Below the pieces are notes generated by a model that did no database searches, was not told the DNA's origin, and saw only the letters and a list, made by a program, of their open reading frames with translations. From contig CAUPQG010000012.1 of assembly GCA_963513355.1 (NCBI GenBank), positions 46,624 through 110,623 on the forward strand: a stretch of DNA of 64,000 bases, read 5' to 3'. The first letter of the stretch is position 1. Each line of letters starts with the position of its first letter. Both the position numbers and the translations under genes were made by a program. Below, piece by piece: positions 41,897-54,251 of the stretch. The stretch comes from an uncultured Rhodoferax sp. (GTDB lineage Bacteria; Pseudomonadota; Gammaproteobacteria; Burkholderiales; Burkholderiaceae_C).

Positions 41897-42982
41897 TCAG
41901 CTCTTCACGTTCTGCAGGGACTTACCATGCTCGGGCGACGGCCACAGACCGCGCGGCCGGGCAAGCATGACCACGATCATGGCCACTGCCGTCAACAACT
42001 GGCGCAGTATGGACGCATCCAACCGCCCGCCGGTCATTTCTTGCAAAGGACCCGCGACATAGCGCAGTACTTCGGGCAAGCCGGACAACAACACGGCGCC
42101 CAAAATGACGCCAGGCAAATGCCCCACGCCGCCCAACACCACCATGGCAACAATCATCACAGACTCCATCAGGCTGAATGATTCTGGCGAAATAAAGCCC
42201 TGAAAGGATGCAAACATGGCACCTGAAACACCACCAAAAGTGGCGCCCATGCCGAATGCCAGCAGTTTCAGGTTGCGTGTGTTGATGCCCATGGCCTTGG
42301 CGGCGATTTCATCTTCACGAATGGCCATCCACGCACGACCAACGCGTGACAACTCCAGACGGTGACAGATCACAACGCTAACCACCACCAAAGCGAGGAA
42401 CAAGTAGTAGTAAAGCGAAACGGAAGCCACTTCAAAACCGAATACCGTGAGCTTCTTGCCCAGATCGATACCAAAGAAATGCAGGGAGTCGATCCCAAGA
42501 ATTCCCTTCGGACCGTTGGTGATGTTGACCGGGTGGTCCAGGTTGTTCAAGAACACACGGATGATTTCACCAAAACCCAGCGTCACGATGGCGAGGTAGT
42601 CACCCCGCAAGCGCAGCGTTGGGGCCCCCAGAAGCACACCAAAGAAACCCGCCAAACCAGCAGCCAGGGGCAAAATAATCCAAAGTGGCGTATGCACGCC
42701 ATCCGGGAACATCGCCGCGAAGGCCGGAAAGGTCTCAGCCAAATGAGGAGATGCCATCAGGCCATAGGTGTACGCACCAATGGCAAAAAATGCGACGTAA
42801 CCCAGATCAAGCAATCCGGCATAACCAACCACAATGTTGAGGCCCAAGGAAAGCAAGACAAACAGCAGAGCCATGTCGACAATGCGCACCCACGCGTTGC
42901 CAAAGCCTTGCAGCAGCAACGGCAGGATCAGCAAACCTACTGCGGCTGCCAGAAATACCAGAATTTTTTGTTGTTGTTTCAT
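41897..42982 (-). CDS. livM: Branched-chain amino-acid ABC transporter permease
   Basis: Polytopic membrane protein of the LivM type (GYAGLLDLGYVAFFAIGAY). The start was set at the ATG at 42982. Confidence 0.9.
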   Translation of the reverse strand: MKQQQKILVFLAAAVGLLILPLLLQGFGNAWVRIVDMALLFVLLSLGLNIVVGYAGLLDLGYVAFFAIGAYTYGLMASPHLAETFPAFAAMFPDGVHTPLWIILPLAAGLAGFFGVLLGAPTLRLRGDYLAIVTLGFGEIIRVFLNNLDHPVNITNGPKGILGIDSLHFFGIDLGKKLTVFGFEVASVSLYYYLFLALVVVSVVICHRLELSRVGRAWMAIREDEIAAKAMGINTRNLKLLAFGMGATFGGVSGAMFASFQGFISPESFSLMESVMIVAMVVLGGVGHLPGVILGAVLLSGLPEVLRYVAGPLQEMTGGRLDASILRQLLTAVAMIVVMLARPRGLWPSPEHGKSLQNVKS

Positions 42983-42995
42983 GTGAATGTGCTCC

Positions 42996-43925
42996 TCAAG
43001 CCCGGTCCGCCACACGTTCACCCAACAAGCCGGACGGCCGCAAGGTCAACACGATGATCAGGACGATGAACGCAAATATGTCGGAGTAATGGCTACCGAG
43101 AACACCACCCGTTAAAGCGCCGATGTAGCCCGCTCCAATGGATTCGATCAGCCCCAGCAAGATGGCACCGACGACCGCTCCGCCCAGGTTGCCAATACCG
43201 CCAAACACCGCAGCAGTGAAGGCTTTCAGTCCGGGCAAGAAGCCCATGGCATGTTGTGCCGTGCCATAGTTGGATGCGTACATGACTCCGGCAATGGCCG
43301 CCAGCACAGCACCGATGATGAAAGTCGCCGAGATCACCATGTCAGGCTTGACCCCCATCAGCGCAGCAACGCGTGGGTTCTCAGACGTGGCACGCATGGC
43401 CCGACCCAGCTTGGTGTAATTCACCAGCCACATCAGGACCGCAAGCGACACGGCGGTAAAGCCAAGAATCATGACCTGCGTGGGGGAGATGACCGCACCA
43501 CCAATTTGGATGGGGGTGTTGGACAGCAGTGTGGGATAAGACTTGAAGTTTGGCTTCCAGATGATCATCGCCAGTGTTTGCAGCAGGATGGACATCCCCA
43601 TCGCAGTCAACATGGGTGCCAGTTTGGGGCTGTTCCGCAGAGGGCGGTAAGCTACTTTTTCAATCGTGAAATTGAGGACCGCCGCCACCACACAAGAAAT
43701 AATCAGGGCAATGATGAGAATGATGTACCCCGGGGTCCCAGGCATGGAATCCTGCATCATGCCAATGATGGACCAGCTTGTCAGCGCCCCCACCATCATG
43801 ACCTCACCGTGGGCAAAATTGATCAGGTTAATGATCCCGTACACCATGGTGTAGCCCAGGGCAATGAGCGCATACATGCTACCCAACACCAGACCGTTGA
43901 TGATCTGCTGCAACAAAATATCCAT
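42996..43925 (-). CDS. livH: Branched-chain amino-acid ABC transporter permease
   Basis: MDILLQQIINGL.LGS.YALIALGYTMVYGII.LINFAHGE, a typical LivH N-terminus. Confidence 0.92.
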   Translation of the reverse strand: MDILLQQIINGLVLGSMYALIALGYTMVYGIINLINFAHGEVMMVGALTSWSIIGMMQDSMPGTPGYIILIIALIISCVVAAVLNFTIEKVAYRPLRNSPKLAPMLTAMGMSILLQTLAMIIWKPNFKSYPTLLSNTPIQIGGAVISPTQVMILGFTAVSLAVLMWLVNYTKLGRAMRATSENPRVAALMGVKPDMVISATFIIGAVLAAIAGVMYASNYGTAQHAMGFLPGLKAFTAAVFGGIGNLGGAVVGAILLGLIESIGAGYIGALTGGVLGSHYSDIFAFIVLIIVLTLRPSGLLGERVADRA

Positions 43926-44169
43926 AAGGGTTCTCCGATTTTTTGGCTGGCGCGCAAGTCACCAATTTGTCGAGCGGCTGTTTACTGACGGTGTGCGCGA
44001 CCTAGTGATCGCTACCACTCCATTAGCAAAAAGCCTGCCACCTTTCATGGTACGACAGGCGAGTGGAAGGAATTGTATCCAAGGGTCCATGGCAATAGGG
44101 CCCATATACCCTTGGGTTTACCCCTATCAACCCCGGTACATCAGAGGAAACACCCATGCGTAAGCCCAG

Positions 44170-45471
44170 CTAATACTCGGACGAATGCTTTGCATTGCGA
44201 GCCTTTAGCTGGCGCAGTTTTTCAGCAATGCGGATCTCCAGTCCCCTCTCAACCGGACGGTAAAAATGGGGTGCGGCCATACCGTCAGGGAAGTAAGTTT
44301 CTCCAGCCGCAAAACCGTCTTCCTCATCGTGTGCGTAGCGATAACCTTTGCCGTAGTCCAGCTGCTTCATGAGCTTGGTAGGCGCATTGCGCAGGTGCAT
44401 AGGCACCGGACGGGATCCTTCCTTCTTGACCAAGGCCCGGGCTTCATTGAACGCCTTATAGACGGAGTTGGACTTGGGTGCCACCGCGAGGTAAACCACA
44501 CATTGGGCCAAGGCTAACTCCCCCTCCGGCGTACCCAGACGCTCGTAGACATCGGCGGCATCCAGAGCCAAGCGCAAAGCCCGGGGATCGGCCAGACCGA
44601 TATCTTCATTGGCCATGCGGATCAGGCGGCGCGCCATGTAACGCGGATCGGCACCACCATCGAGCATGCGCACCAGCCAGTACAGTGCAGCGTCCGGATC
44701 AGAGCCCCGTACTGACTTGTGCAGGGCGCTGATCGTGTCATAGAACTGCTCGCCGCCTTTGTCATAGCGGCGCATGCGCTCGCCCAACACTTTGAGCAAC
44801 CAAACATCGGTGACCCGGTCCACATGCTCCTGCTGCGCCGCTACGGCCAGAGTTTCCAACGTGTTCAGCAAGCGCCGGGCATCTCCATCTGCATACGCTA
44901 CGAGGCGATCAACCGCTATATCTTCAATAGCAGGAAGTTCAGCATTTTCGAGGGCTACAGCAACAATTTGCTTCAGATCATCGACTGTGAGCGGCTGCAA
45001 GACATAAACTGCGGCACGGGACAACAAGGCCGAATTGACTTCAAACGAAGGGTTCTCGGTAGTCGCCCCGATGAATGTGAACAGACCGCTCTCCACATGT
45101 GACAGGAAGGCATCCTGCTGACTCTTGTTGAATCGGTGCACTTCATCCACAAACAAAATGGTCCTGCGTCCCTGACCCAATGCGACCTGTGCCTGCTCCA
45201 CCGCGTCGCGGATGTCTTTAACACCACCCAGCACCGCGCTGATGCTGATGAACTGCGCATCAAACGCGTCGGCCATAAGACGCGCGATGGTGGTCTTACC
45301 CACTCCGGGTGGCCCCCACAGGATGCAACTGTGCGGCTGGCCAGATTCAAAAGCCAGGCGCAAAGCCATGCCTTCGCCCAACAGGTGCTGCTGTCCGATC
45401 ACTCGTCCCAGACTTTGGGGTCGCAGACGCTCGGCCAGTGGTTGATGGGAATGCAGGGTAGGCTTGGGCAC
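44170..45471 (-). CDS. rarA: Replication-associated recombination protein A (AAA+ ATPase)
   Basis: PLAERLRPQSL...IGQQHLLG, Walker A ILWGPPGVGKTT, LFVDEVHRFNK and the MgsA C-terminal domain. The start is uncertain: the GTG at 45471 was chosen by homolog length, and the ORF extends to the ATG at 45555. Confidence 0.88.
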   Translation of the reverse strand: MPKPTLHSHQPLAERLRPQSLGRVIGQQHLLGEGMALRLAFESGQPHSCILWGPPGVGKTTIARLMADAFDAQFISISAVLGGVKDIRDAVEQAQVALGQGRRTILFVDEVHRFNKSQQDAFLSHVESGLFTFIGATTENPSFEVNSALLSRAAVYVLQPLTVDDLKQIVAVALENAELPAIEDIAVDRLVAYADGDARRLLNTLETLAVAAQQEHVDRVTDVWLLKVLGERMRRYDKGGEQFYDTISALHKSVRGSDPDAALYWLVRMLDGGADPRYMARRLIRMANEDIGLADPRALRLALDAADVYERLGTPEGELALAQCVVYLAVAPKSNSVYKAFNEARALVKKEGSRPVPMHLRNAPTKLMKQLDYGKGYRYAHDEEDGFAAGETYFPDGMAAPHFYRPVERGLEIRIAEKLRQLKARNAKHSSEY

Positions 45472-45560
45472 AACAATAGCGATAGTGTTTACGCCCCAGT
45501 TTAAACGTGCCGTTTGCCCATCTGTTAAAAGGCTTGTTACTACCGCCAACCTCATTCCCC

Positions 45561-46835
45561 ATGCACGCCACTTCTATCCCTCACATCTTTGGCTCCGAAA
45601 ACACGGCCGACCCTGCCACGGCCTTACTCTGGACCAACGGGGAAACGCGCTGCTCCGCGCTATGGCGTTCGGAACGCGGTTCGCCCGCCCCCAAAAAAGT
45701 GGTCATTGCCGACGACACCATGACCGCCGATGCAGCCTACAGACTGGCCTGCGAAGGTACCGCGCTTTTATGGCAGGGCGACTTTCAGAACGCCCGGCAA
45801 TTGTTGCAAGCCCTGGTTCGCCGGGTCGTTCAACCGGCCAAACGCACACAGCGAAAGCAAACTGCCAAAGCATCGATGGCTGCCAAAGCCATCACGGCAA
45901 AACCGGTTGAGAGTGTTTTCAACCTGCATCGCCAAGCCCAGGCCCAGCGGGGGCGGGTGTTGGGCATGTTGCTGATACCCGTACAGGCCGACCTGAGCAT
46001 TGCCCTGCGGCGTGCACCCGATGCGCGGCAGGCTTTTGTGGAAAGCTTGTGGCCCATTGGCACCACCGCCGGCATCTCGGTGGTGTCGCTGCGCGGGCTG
46101 CTGGGCCTGATCAGTGCACACGAATGGCGAAAGAAAGGGGTGGAAATCCTCGCTCTGGGAGAGGCTCCCAACAACCGTATCCATCCGCACTATGCCGTGT
46201 TCTCTCCAGTGCGTGGTGAATACGTGGATCTTGTTGCAACTGCACTGAAGCAGGCGCACGCTAGAGAAGGGGCCGTTCCGAAAACGACGATCAACACCGC
46301 CTTCGACATCGGCACCGGCAGCGGCGTTCTGGCGGCGGTGATGGCCCGTAGCGGCATTGATCGGGTGATCGCTACCGACCAGGACCCACGGGCACTGGCC
46401 TGTGCCCAGGACAACCTGACCCGCCTGGGAGTCGGCCAACAGGTTCAAGTGCTGCAAGCCAACCTTTTCCCCAGTGGTCAAGCGCAATTGATCATATGCA
46501 ACCCACCGTGGTTGCCAGCCCGCCCCGGCTCACCGATTGAGTACGCCGTGTATGACGAAGGCAGCCGCATGCTGCTGGGTTTTTTGAACGGCTTGCGCGC
46601 GCACTTGACTCCTGCTGGCGAAGGCTGGCTGATCATGTCCGATCTGGCAGAGCATCTGGGGCTGCGCACACGCGCAGAGTTTTTGGCGGCGATAGAAAAC
46701 GCAGGCTTGGTGGTTGCAGGAAGGCTCGATGCAAAACCTGTACACCCCAAAGCGCACGACGCCACCGACCCACTGCACCGCGCACGCGCTGCAGAAGTCA
46801 CATCGCTGTGGCGCCTAACTGCAAAGATGGATTGA
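45561..46835 (+). CDS. Class I SAM-dependent methyltransferase with NPPW motif (N5-glutamine / N6-adenine type)
   Basis: Motif I FDIGTGSGVLAAVMA and motif IV LIICNPPWLP. The N-terminal half of about 200 aa is unassigned. The start was set at the ATG at 45561. Confidence 0.7.
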   Translation: MHATSIPHIFGSENTADPATALLWTNGETRCSALWRSERGSPAPKKVVIADDTMTADAAYRLACEGTALLWQGDFQNARQLLQALVRRVVQPAKRTQRKQTAKASMAAKAITAKPVESVFNLHRQAQAQRGRVLGMLLIPVQADLSIALRRAPDARQAFVESLWPIGTTAGISVVSLRGLLGLISAHEWRKKGVEILALGEAPNNRIHPHYAVFSPVRGEYVDLVATALKQAHAREGAVPKTTINTAFDIGTGSGVLAAVMARSGIDRVIATDQDPRALACAQDNLTRLGVGQQVQVLQANLFPSGQAQLIICNPPWLPARPGSPIEYAVYDEGSRMLLGFLNGLRAHLTPAGEGWLIMSDLAEHLGLRTRAEFLAAIENAGLVVAGRLDAKPVHPKAHDATDPLHRARAAEVTSLWRLTAKMD

Positions 46836-46850
46836 CCCAGAAATAGAAAA

Positions 46851-46876
46851 AGCCACCAATCTTTCGACTGGTGGCT
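46851..46876. terminator. Hairpin terminator after the tRNA cluster (and after the convergent methyltransferase gene)
   Basis: AGCCACCA-N10-TGGTGGCT. On the minus strand it is followed by TTTTCTATTT. Confidence 0.6.
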
Positions 46877-46884
46877 TTCCAATT

Positions 46885-46961
46885 TGGCGGAGCGGACGGG
46901 ACTCGAACCCGCGACCCCCGGCGTGACAGGCCGGTATTCTAACCAACTGAACTACCGCTCC
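46885..46961 (-). tRNA. tRNA-Asp (anticodon GTC)
   Basis: The reverse complement reads GGAGCGGTAGTTCAGTTGGTTAGAATACCGGCCTGTCACGCCGGGGGTCGCGGGTTCGAGTCCCGTCCGCTCCGCCA. Confidence 0.95.
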
Positions 46962-47056
46962 CGGTAGCGGTAACCATTCGCTCTTTCGAGCCAAGTCGCC
47001 TGCCCTTGCGGACTGGCTGTTACCAACTTGCGCTTCGACCATCTTTCGATGAATCT

Positions 47057-47132
47057 TGGCGACCCCACGGGGATTCGAACCCCGGTACTCACCGTGAAAG
47101 GGTGATGTCCTAGGCCTCTAGACGATGGGGTC
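47057..47132 (-). tRNA. tRNA-Glu (anticodon TTC)
   Basis: The reverse complement reads GACCCCATCGTCTAGAGGCCTAGGACATCACCCTTTCACGGTGAGTACCGGGGTTCGAATCCCCGTGGGGTCGCCA. Confidence 0.95.
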
Positions 47133-47164
47133 AAAACCTTGGACTAATCCGTTCTCGAAAATCT

Positions 47165-47240
<76 letters not shown>

Positions 47241-47336
47241 TAAACCCTAAAATTACTGCCTGATCTCTCTGCAGTAACCCGAGAAAGCTTTTTAAAGCAT
47301 TCTCAACTTCCGAGCCTCAAATTATATACAAGTTTT

Positions 47337-48743
47337 TCAGGCCCTGGCAAGTCTGGCAATAACTTTTTCTCTTCCACACATTTCCAGCACCGAATCCAGC
47401 GATGGCGTTTGTGCCGTGCCCACGACCAACACCCGCACCGGCATGGCCAATTGCGGCATTTTCAAGCCGTTGGCAGCCAACACTTCCTTGATGGCGGCCG
47501 CAATGGAAGCCTTGTCCCAGGCACCGCTGGCCAGCTTCTCCGCCAGCATGGCAATTGCGGGGCGGACGGCATCGGTCACGTGTTGTGCCAGCTCGGCTGC
47601 ATCGGGTGTCACATCGCTGTAGAACTTGGCAGCCCAAGTCGCCAAAGCAATGGTGGTGTCGCAACGGTCCTTGAGCAAGGCACACACCTGCGGCAAATGG
47701 CTCTCAACAGTTGGTGCATCCAAGGTGATGCCTTGTTTGGCCAATTGCGTAGCAACCAGACCAGCCAGGCGTGCGTTGTCCGCCTGCTTGATGTACTGCG
47801 CATTGACCCACAGCAGCTTGACCGGGTCCCACTGCGCGGGGCTCTTGTTCAGATGGGTACCGTCAAACCAAGCCACCAACTGCTCACTGCTGAACAACTC
47901 TTCGTCGCCATGGCTCCAGCCCAGACGGGCCAGGTAATTCAACATGGCTTCCGGCAGGTAACCACCCTCTTCATATGCAGTTACGCTGACAGCACCCCGG
48001 CGTTTGGACAACTTCTGTCCATCGTCACCCAGAATCACTGGGCAATGGCCAAACTGCGGCAAGGGCGCACCCAGTGCATTGAAGATATTGATCTGCCACG
48101 GGGTATTGTTGATGTGTTCATCACCACGGAACACGTGGCTGATTTCCATGTCCCAGTCATCGACCACCACGGCAAAGTTATAGGTCGGCACACCATCGGT
48201 GCGGGCGATGATCAGGTCATCGATCTCACGGTTGCTGATGGTGATCGGCCCTTTGACCAGATCGTCCCATGTGACATCGCCTTGTGGCGGGTTGCAGAAA
48301 CGCACCACCGGCAATACACCTTCGGGCACGGGTGGCAGGGTCTTGCCCGGCGCGGGGCGCCAGCGTCCGTCGTACAGGGCTTTTTCACCACGGGCCTTCT
48401 TGGCCTCACGCACCGCATCGAGTTCTTCGGGTGTGCTGTAGCAGTAATAGGCCTTGCCTTCGGCAATCAACTGGTCAATGACAGTCTTGTAGCGACTCAG
48501 CCGCTGCATCTGGTAGATCGGGCCCTCGTCGTAGTCAAGCCCCAGCCACTGCATGGACGCCAGAATTTGGTCGACCGAGTCCTGCGTAGAGCGGGCCACA
48601 TCGGTGTCTTCGATGCGCAGCACAAACTCGCCACCAAAATGGCGGGCATAGGCCCAGGAATACAAGGCAGTGCGGGCAGTTCCCAGGTGCAGGAAACCGG
48701 TAGGGGACGGTGCGATGCGGGTGCGGATTTTTCGTGATGTCAT
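47337..48743 (-). CDS. gltX: Glutamate--tRNA ligase
   Basis: [24 protein letters not shown] (HIGH region) and KLSKRRGA (KMSKS variant). Confidence 0.96.
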   Translation of the reverse strand: MTSRKIRTRIAPSPTGFLHLGTARTALYSWAYARHFGGEFVLRIEDTDVARSTQDSVDQILASMQWLGLDYDEGPIYQMQRLSRYKTVIDQLIAEGKAYYCYSTPEELDAVREAKKARGEKALYDGRWRPAPGKTLPPVPEGVLPVVRFCNPPQGDVTWDDLVKGPITISNREIDDLIIARTDGVPTYNFAVVVDDWDMEISHVFRGDEHINNTPWQINIFNALGAPLPQFGHCPVILGDDGQKLSKRRGAVSVTAYEEGGYLPEAMLNYLARLGWSHGDEELFSSEQLVAWFDGTHLNKSPAQWDPVKLLWVNAQYIKQADNARLAGLVATQLAKQGITLDAPTVESHLPQVCALLKDRCDTTIALATWAAKFYSDVTPDAAELAQHVTDAVRPAIAMLAEKLASGAWDKASIAAAIKEVLAANGLKMPQLAMPVRVLVVGTAQTPSLDSVLEMCGREKVIARLARA

Positions 48744-49954
48744 GTCAGGGTATCCAGACCGCGCGCGAGGTCGGTCTTTATGTCTTCAATATGTTCCAGG
48801 CCCACGGCCACACGGACCAGACCCTGGCCAATACCGGCCGCTTGTCGCTGGGCTTCGGTCATACGACCGTGTGAGGTGCTGGCCGGGTGCGCACACATGG
48901 TCTTGGTGTCGCCCAGGTTGGTGGCCAGCGATAACACTTGCATGGAGTCCAGCACATGGAATGCGCGTTTGCGCGCCCCATCAGGATCGCCGGACTTGAC
49001 CGTGAAGGACAGCACCGCGCCACCCAGCCCTGCCTGCTGGGCCATGGCCAGGCGATGCTGCGGATGGCTTGCCAGCCCGGGGTAAAAAACGCGGTCCACT
49101 GCGGGGTGGTCTTCCAACCACTGGGCCAGGGCCAGCGCCTGCGCTGACTGGGCACGCATACGAATACCCAAAGTCTCCAAGCCCTTGAGAACCACCCATG
49201 CATTGAACGGCGCCAGTGTCATGCCGCCACTCTTGAGGACGGGCAAAAACTTCTCGGTGACCAATTGCTGGCTTGCGCACAAGGCACCTGCCATGACGCG
49301 ACCCTGCCCATCCAGAAACTTGGTGCCAGAGTGCATGATGATGTCTGCACCCAGTTCCACCGGCCGCTGCAGTGCGGGCGTGGCAAAGCAGTTGTCTACC
49401 GCCAGCAAAGCACCTGCCTTGTGCGCAATGTCCGCCAGAGCGGCAATGTCACACACCTCCGTCAACGGGTTGGTTGGCGTCTCAGCAAACAGCAGTTTGG
49501 TGTTGGGCCGCACGGCCGCGCGCCAGGCATCCACATCGGTCTGCGACACAAAACTGGACTGCACACCAAACTTGGCCAGGTCCGAACCAATCAGCTTGAT
49601 GGTGGAGCCAAACATGGACTGCGAACACACCACATGGTCACCCGACTGCAGCAAACCCATGCACATCATCAAGATGGCCGACATGCCGGATGCGGTAGAC
49701 ATGGCTGCCTCGGTGCCTTCCATGCTCGCCAGGCGTTGCTCGAAACTGCTCACCGTGGGATTGCCGTAGCGCCCGTAGGTAAAGCCGTCTTCTTCACCGG
49801 CAAAACGCCGCGCAGCAGCTTCGGCAGAGGGCTGCACATAACCGCTGGTCAGGTACAGCGCCTCGGAATTTTCGCCGTACTGGCTGCGGTCGGCCGCTGC
49901 ACGGATAGCCAATGTATCCGGGTGCAGGCCTTCAGGTAGTTTTTGGGAACTCAT
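48740..49954 (-). CDS. metZ: O-succinylhomoserine sulfhydrylase (Cys/Met-metabolism PLP enzyme)
   Basis: Cystathionine gamma-synthase family. The PLP lysine context is [12 protein letters not shown], and the N-terminal TLAIRAA...S.YGE pattern is typical of MetZ. Confidence 0.85.
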   Translation of the reverse strand: MSSQKLPEGLHPDTLAIRAAADRSQYGENSEALYLTSGYVQPSAEAAARRFAGEEDGFTYGRYGNPTVSSFEQRLASMEGTEAAMSTASGMSAILMMCMGLLQSGDHVVCSQSMFGSTIKLIGSDLAKFGVQSSFVSQTDVDAWRAAVRPNTKLLFAETPTNPLTEVCDIAALADIAHKAGALLAVDNCFATPALQRPVELGADIIMHSGTKFLDGQGRVMAGALCASQQLVTEKFLPVLKSGGMTLAPFNAWVVLKGLETLGIRMRAQSAQALALAQWLEDHPAVDRVFYPGLASHPQHRLAMAQQAGLGGAVLSFTVKSGDPDGARKRAFHVLDSMQVLSLATNLGDTKTMCAHPASTSHGRMTEAQRQAAGIGQGLVRVAVGLEHIEDIKTDLARGLDTLT

Positions 49955-49969
49955 GGCGCAGGTGAACCC

Positions 49970-51469
<1,500 letters not shown>

Positions 51470-51485
51470 AGTGTGTTTCTCATTT

Positions 51486-51980
51486 CTAAGGTAAATACTT
51501 TCCAAACTCTTCAGGCAGCACCGGTTTGAGGCCTTTCAAGACCACCACGGTGATACCGGCGCCGGTGGATTCCTGCCACCACAAACTCTTGACCAGCGGC
51601 GTCATGCCAGCCACAACCGCCAAGGCCAGCAGCACGACCACGCCGCGCACCAAGCCGAAAGCCGCGCCCAACACACGGTCCACCGGGCGCAGGCCTACGG
51701 CCGCCACCAGCTTGCGCACCAGAAAGGCGACCAGCCCACCGGCAAACAGCGCCACCACAAACACCAGCACAAACCCGGCCGCATACCGCACAACCTCGGT
51801 GGCGCCGGCCAATGGCAAATGGTGCGCCACATCTGGTGCTAGCCATTGGGCCAGCACAAAGGCAACGATCCAATTGGTCAGCGACAACAGCTCATACACC
51901 AGGCCGCGCCAGGCACCCACCACAAGTGAGATCACCAACACGGCCAGAAAAATCCAGTCCAACACAGGCATGACGGCCAA
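51486..51980 (-). CDS. cvpA: CvpA-family membrane protein
   Basis: Four-TM small protein with the W.GL..E..S pattern, in the conserved position between the SPOR gene and purF. Confidence 0.85.
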   Translation of the reverse strand: MAVMPVLDWIFLAVLVISLVVGAWRGLVYELLSLTNWIVAFVLAQWLAPDVAHHLPLAGATEVVRYAAGFVLVFVVALFAGGLVAFLVRKLVAAVGLRPVDRVLGAAFGLVRGVVVLLALAVVAGMTPLVKSLWWQESTGAGITVVVLKGLKPVLPEEFGKYLP

Positions 51981-51991
51981 GGCGAGCGCCC

Positions 51992-52798
51992 TTACAGCTC
52001 CAGCACAGACGCAGGAAGGTCCAGCTTGCGAATCTTTTCAGCCACTTTGTCTGCGTCACCCTTGGATCCAAACGGCCCCACGCGCACGCGGATGCGTTTG
52101 CCTTCCGCGGGGTTCACAACCTGCGTGTAGGTCTTCATGCCCGATTTCTCCAACTTGGCGCGTGCCTCTTGCGCTTTGGCCGCATCCGAGAAAGCGCCAA
52201 CCTGAACAATAAAACGACCAGAAATGGCAGCGCTGGCGGCGGCAGAGGCAGCAGGCTTCTGCGCGATATCGCGGCCTTCCAGCAGCGCCTGGGCCTTTGC
52301 ACCGTCGTCGGACCGCACGGGTGGTTTTTCTGCAGGTTTTTCGGCCGGTTTTTCTGCCGGCTTGGCCACAGGCTTTTCAGCTGGTTTCTCGACCGGCTTG
52401 GCCGGCACGGACGCCACGGCGGAAACCGCGCCAGTAGATGCGCGCGACGACGCAGCAGCCACTGGTGCTACAGCCGGTGCCGGCGCTGGCGGTTTGGACA
52501 CAACCTCTTTGCCCGCGTCGGACTCGACCACAACATCGGTCGCAGGCTTGACCTGGGTCACGGTGCCCAAGGGCTTGACGGTGTTTTTGTCTGGGATTTC
52601 GATCGGGATATCGACCGAGATGGGCCTGGGCTGGCTGTCAAACAGCAGCGGAAAACCAATGACGCCCACCAGCACCAGCACAGACGCACCGATCAGCCGG
52701 TGGCGGGCGCGTGTGCGCATGGCCTCTACGCTTTCGGTGGCGGGAGCGGGGGTGGCATGCTCGTCACCACCACCTTTGCGAAATTTGAAAAATGCCAT
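51992..52798 (-). CDS. SPOR-domain protein (DedD-like) with an (A/V)EKP tandem-repeat linker
   Basis: N-terminal TM, the linker AKPVEKPAEKPVAKPAEKPAEKPAEKPP, and a C-terminal SPOR-like FIVQVGAFSD...A......L. It occupies the conserved folC-dedD-cvpA-purF position. Confidence 0.8.
   Translation of the reverse strand: MAFFKFRKGGGDEHATPAPATESVEAMRTRARHRLIGASVLVLVGVIGFPLLFDSQPRPISVDIPIEIPDKNTVKPLGTVTQVKPATDVVVESDAGKEVVSKPPAPAPAVAPVAAASSRASTGAVSAVASVPAKPVEKPAEKPVAKPAEKPAEKPAEKPPVRSDDGAKAQALLEGRDIAQKPAASAAASAAISGRFIVQVGAFSDAAKAQEARAKLEKSGMKTYTQVVNPAEGKRIRVRVGPFGSKGDADKVAEKIRKLDLPASVLEL
52323..52406. repeat. Seven tandem 12-nt units encoding the (A/V)EKP linker
   Basis: Units read on the plus strand: GGTTTTTCTGCA, GGTTTTTCGGCC, GGTTTTTCTGCC, GGCTTGGCCACA, GGCTTTTCAGCT, GGTTTCTCGACC, GGCTTGGCCGGC. 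Confidence 0.8.
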
Positions 52799-52812
52799 GG
52801 ATGAGGGTGTTC

Positions 52813-54156
52813 TCAGGAATTCAGGTGTTTGGCCTGCAGCCGGGGCACGCCGTTTGCAAGCACGCCGCCCACGGTGTGGAACGATCCAAAGACGACGATT
52901 CTATCAGCGGGGTCTGCTGCTGCTATGGCAGCCTGCAGCGCCTGCATAGGGTCGGCAAAGGCGGCGGCCTGGGTGTCCTTGCGGGTGTTTAACCCCTGCC
53001 ATTGCGCCATCAGGTCGGTGCCTTTGGCTGCGCGCGGCAGCGGCAAATCGGTGAAATACCAACGGTCCAGCAGGGGCAGCAGCTTGGTGAACATGCTGGC
53101 CAGGTCTTTGTCGGCCATGGCACCAAACACGGCATGGGTGGTCGGAAAGTAGCCCATGGCGTCCAGATTGGCCGCAAGCGCCGCCACCGAATGGGGGTTG
53201 TGCGCCACGTCCAGCACCAGCGTGGGCTGACCGGGAACGATCTGAAAACGCCCCGGCAGCTCCACAAAGGCCATGCCGTTGCGCACCGCCTGGGCAGTAA
53301 CCGGCAGGCGTTCGCGCAGCGCGGTCAATGCGGCCAGCACGCCCGCAGCGTTGACCAGCTGGTTGGCACCCCGCAGCGCCGGGTAGGCCAGCCCACTGTA
53401 GCGGCGACCGCGCCCGGCCCAGCCCCACTGCTGTTTGTCGCCCGAGACATTGAAGTCTTGCCCCACGCGCCACAGATCGGCACCGATTTCCAGCCCATAG
53501 TCCAGCACGCTTTGCGGCGGCACCGGGTCGCTGACGATGACCGGACGGCCTGTGCGCATGATGCCGGCCTTCTGAAAACCGATGCTTTCGCGGTCCGGGC
53601 CCAAAATTTCCATGTGGTCCAGGTCGATGCTGGTAATGATGGCGCAATCGGCGTCGATGATGTTGGTGGAATCCAGCCGGCCACCCAGGCCGACCTCCAG
53701 GATGACGACATCCAGGTTGCTGCGCATCATCACTTCAAAGATGGCGAGCATGGAGAACTCGAAGTAGCTCAGCGACACTACTTCGCCATTTAGGCTTCTA
53801 GCCCCCTCCACTGCTGCAAAGCCTGCTACCAGATCTGCAGCATCCACAGACTGGCCCTGCAGGCGCAGGCGCTCTTCAAAGTGGACCAGGTGTGGGGATG
53901 TGAAGACACCAGTACGGTAGCCTGCCTGGCCCAAAATTCACTCCAGCATGTCGCAGGTGGAGCCTTTGCCGTTGGTACCGGCCACGGTGATGACGGGGCA
54001 GTCGAAGCGGATGTTCATGCGCTGGGCGACGGTGCGCACGCGCTCCAGGCCCATGTCGATGGCGGTGGGGTGCAGGCGCTCGCAGTGGGCTAGCCAGGCT
54101 TCTAGGGTCGTTGGAGTTTCCATATCGGCTTCGATTGTCGCTGAGCCTTGGTTCAC
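52813..54156 (-). pseudogene. folC: Folylpolyglutamate synthase / dihydrofolate synthase interrupted by one in-frame TGA (codon at 53938-53940)
   Basis: The minus-strand translation reads ...[42 protein letters not shown], all in one frame. E. coli FolC has TLESILMAAGYKVGVYSSPHL at this position. The start is the ATG at 54156 or at 54123. Confidence 0.8.
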
Positions 54157-54251
54157 TCGCCGCTGGTGCTGCTATTGCCTCAGGATCAGGCGAACCGGAC
54201 GTTTTGCTCCGTGTCCTCCGCCCTTCGGGCTCCCCCTTCACCTGCGCAAAA

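Noticed and set aside
43926-44169. The ~245-nt untranslated region upstream of livH, considered as a riboswitch or leader peptide.
   Set aside because: I could not recognise any known riboswitch core, or a leader ORF rich in branched-chain codons, by eye. A covariance-model scan (Rfam) would be needed, so no claim is made.
44170-45555. The possibility that rarA and the divergent methyltransferase ORF (45507-46835) truly overlap head-to-head.
   Set aside because: Internal starts (GTG 45471 for rarA, ATG 45561 for the methyltransferase) give homolog-like N-termini and remove the overlap. The long versions are most likely ORF-caller extensions.
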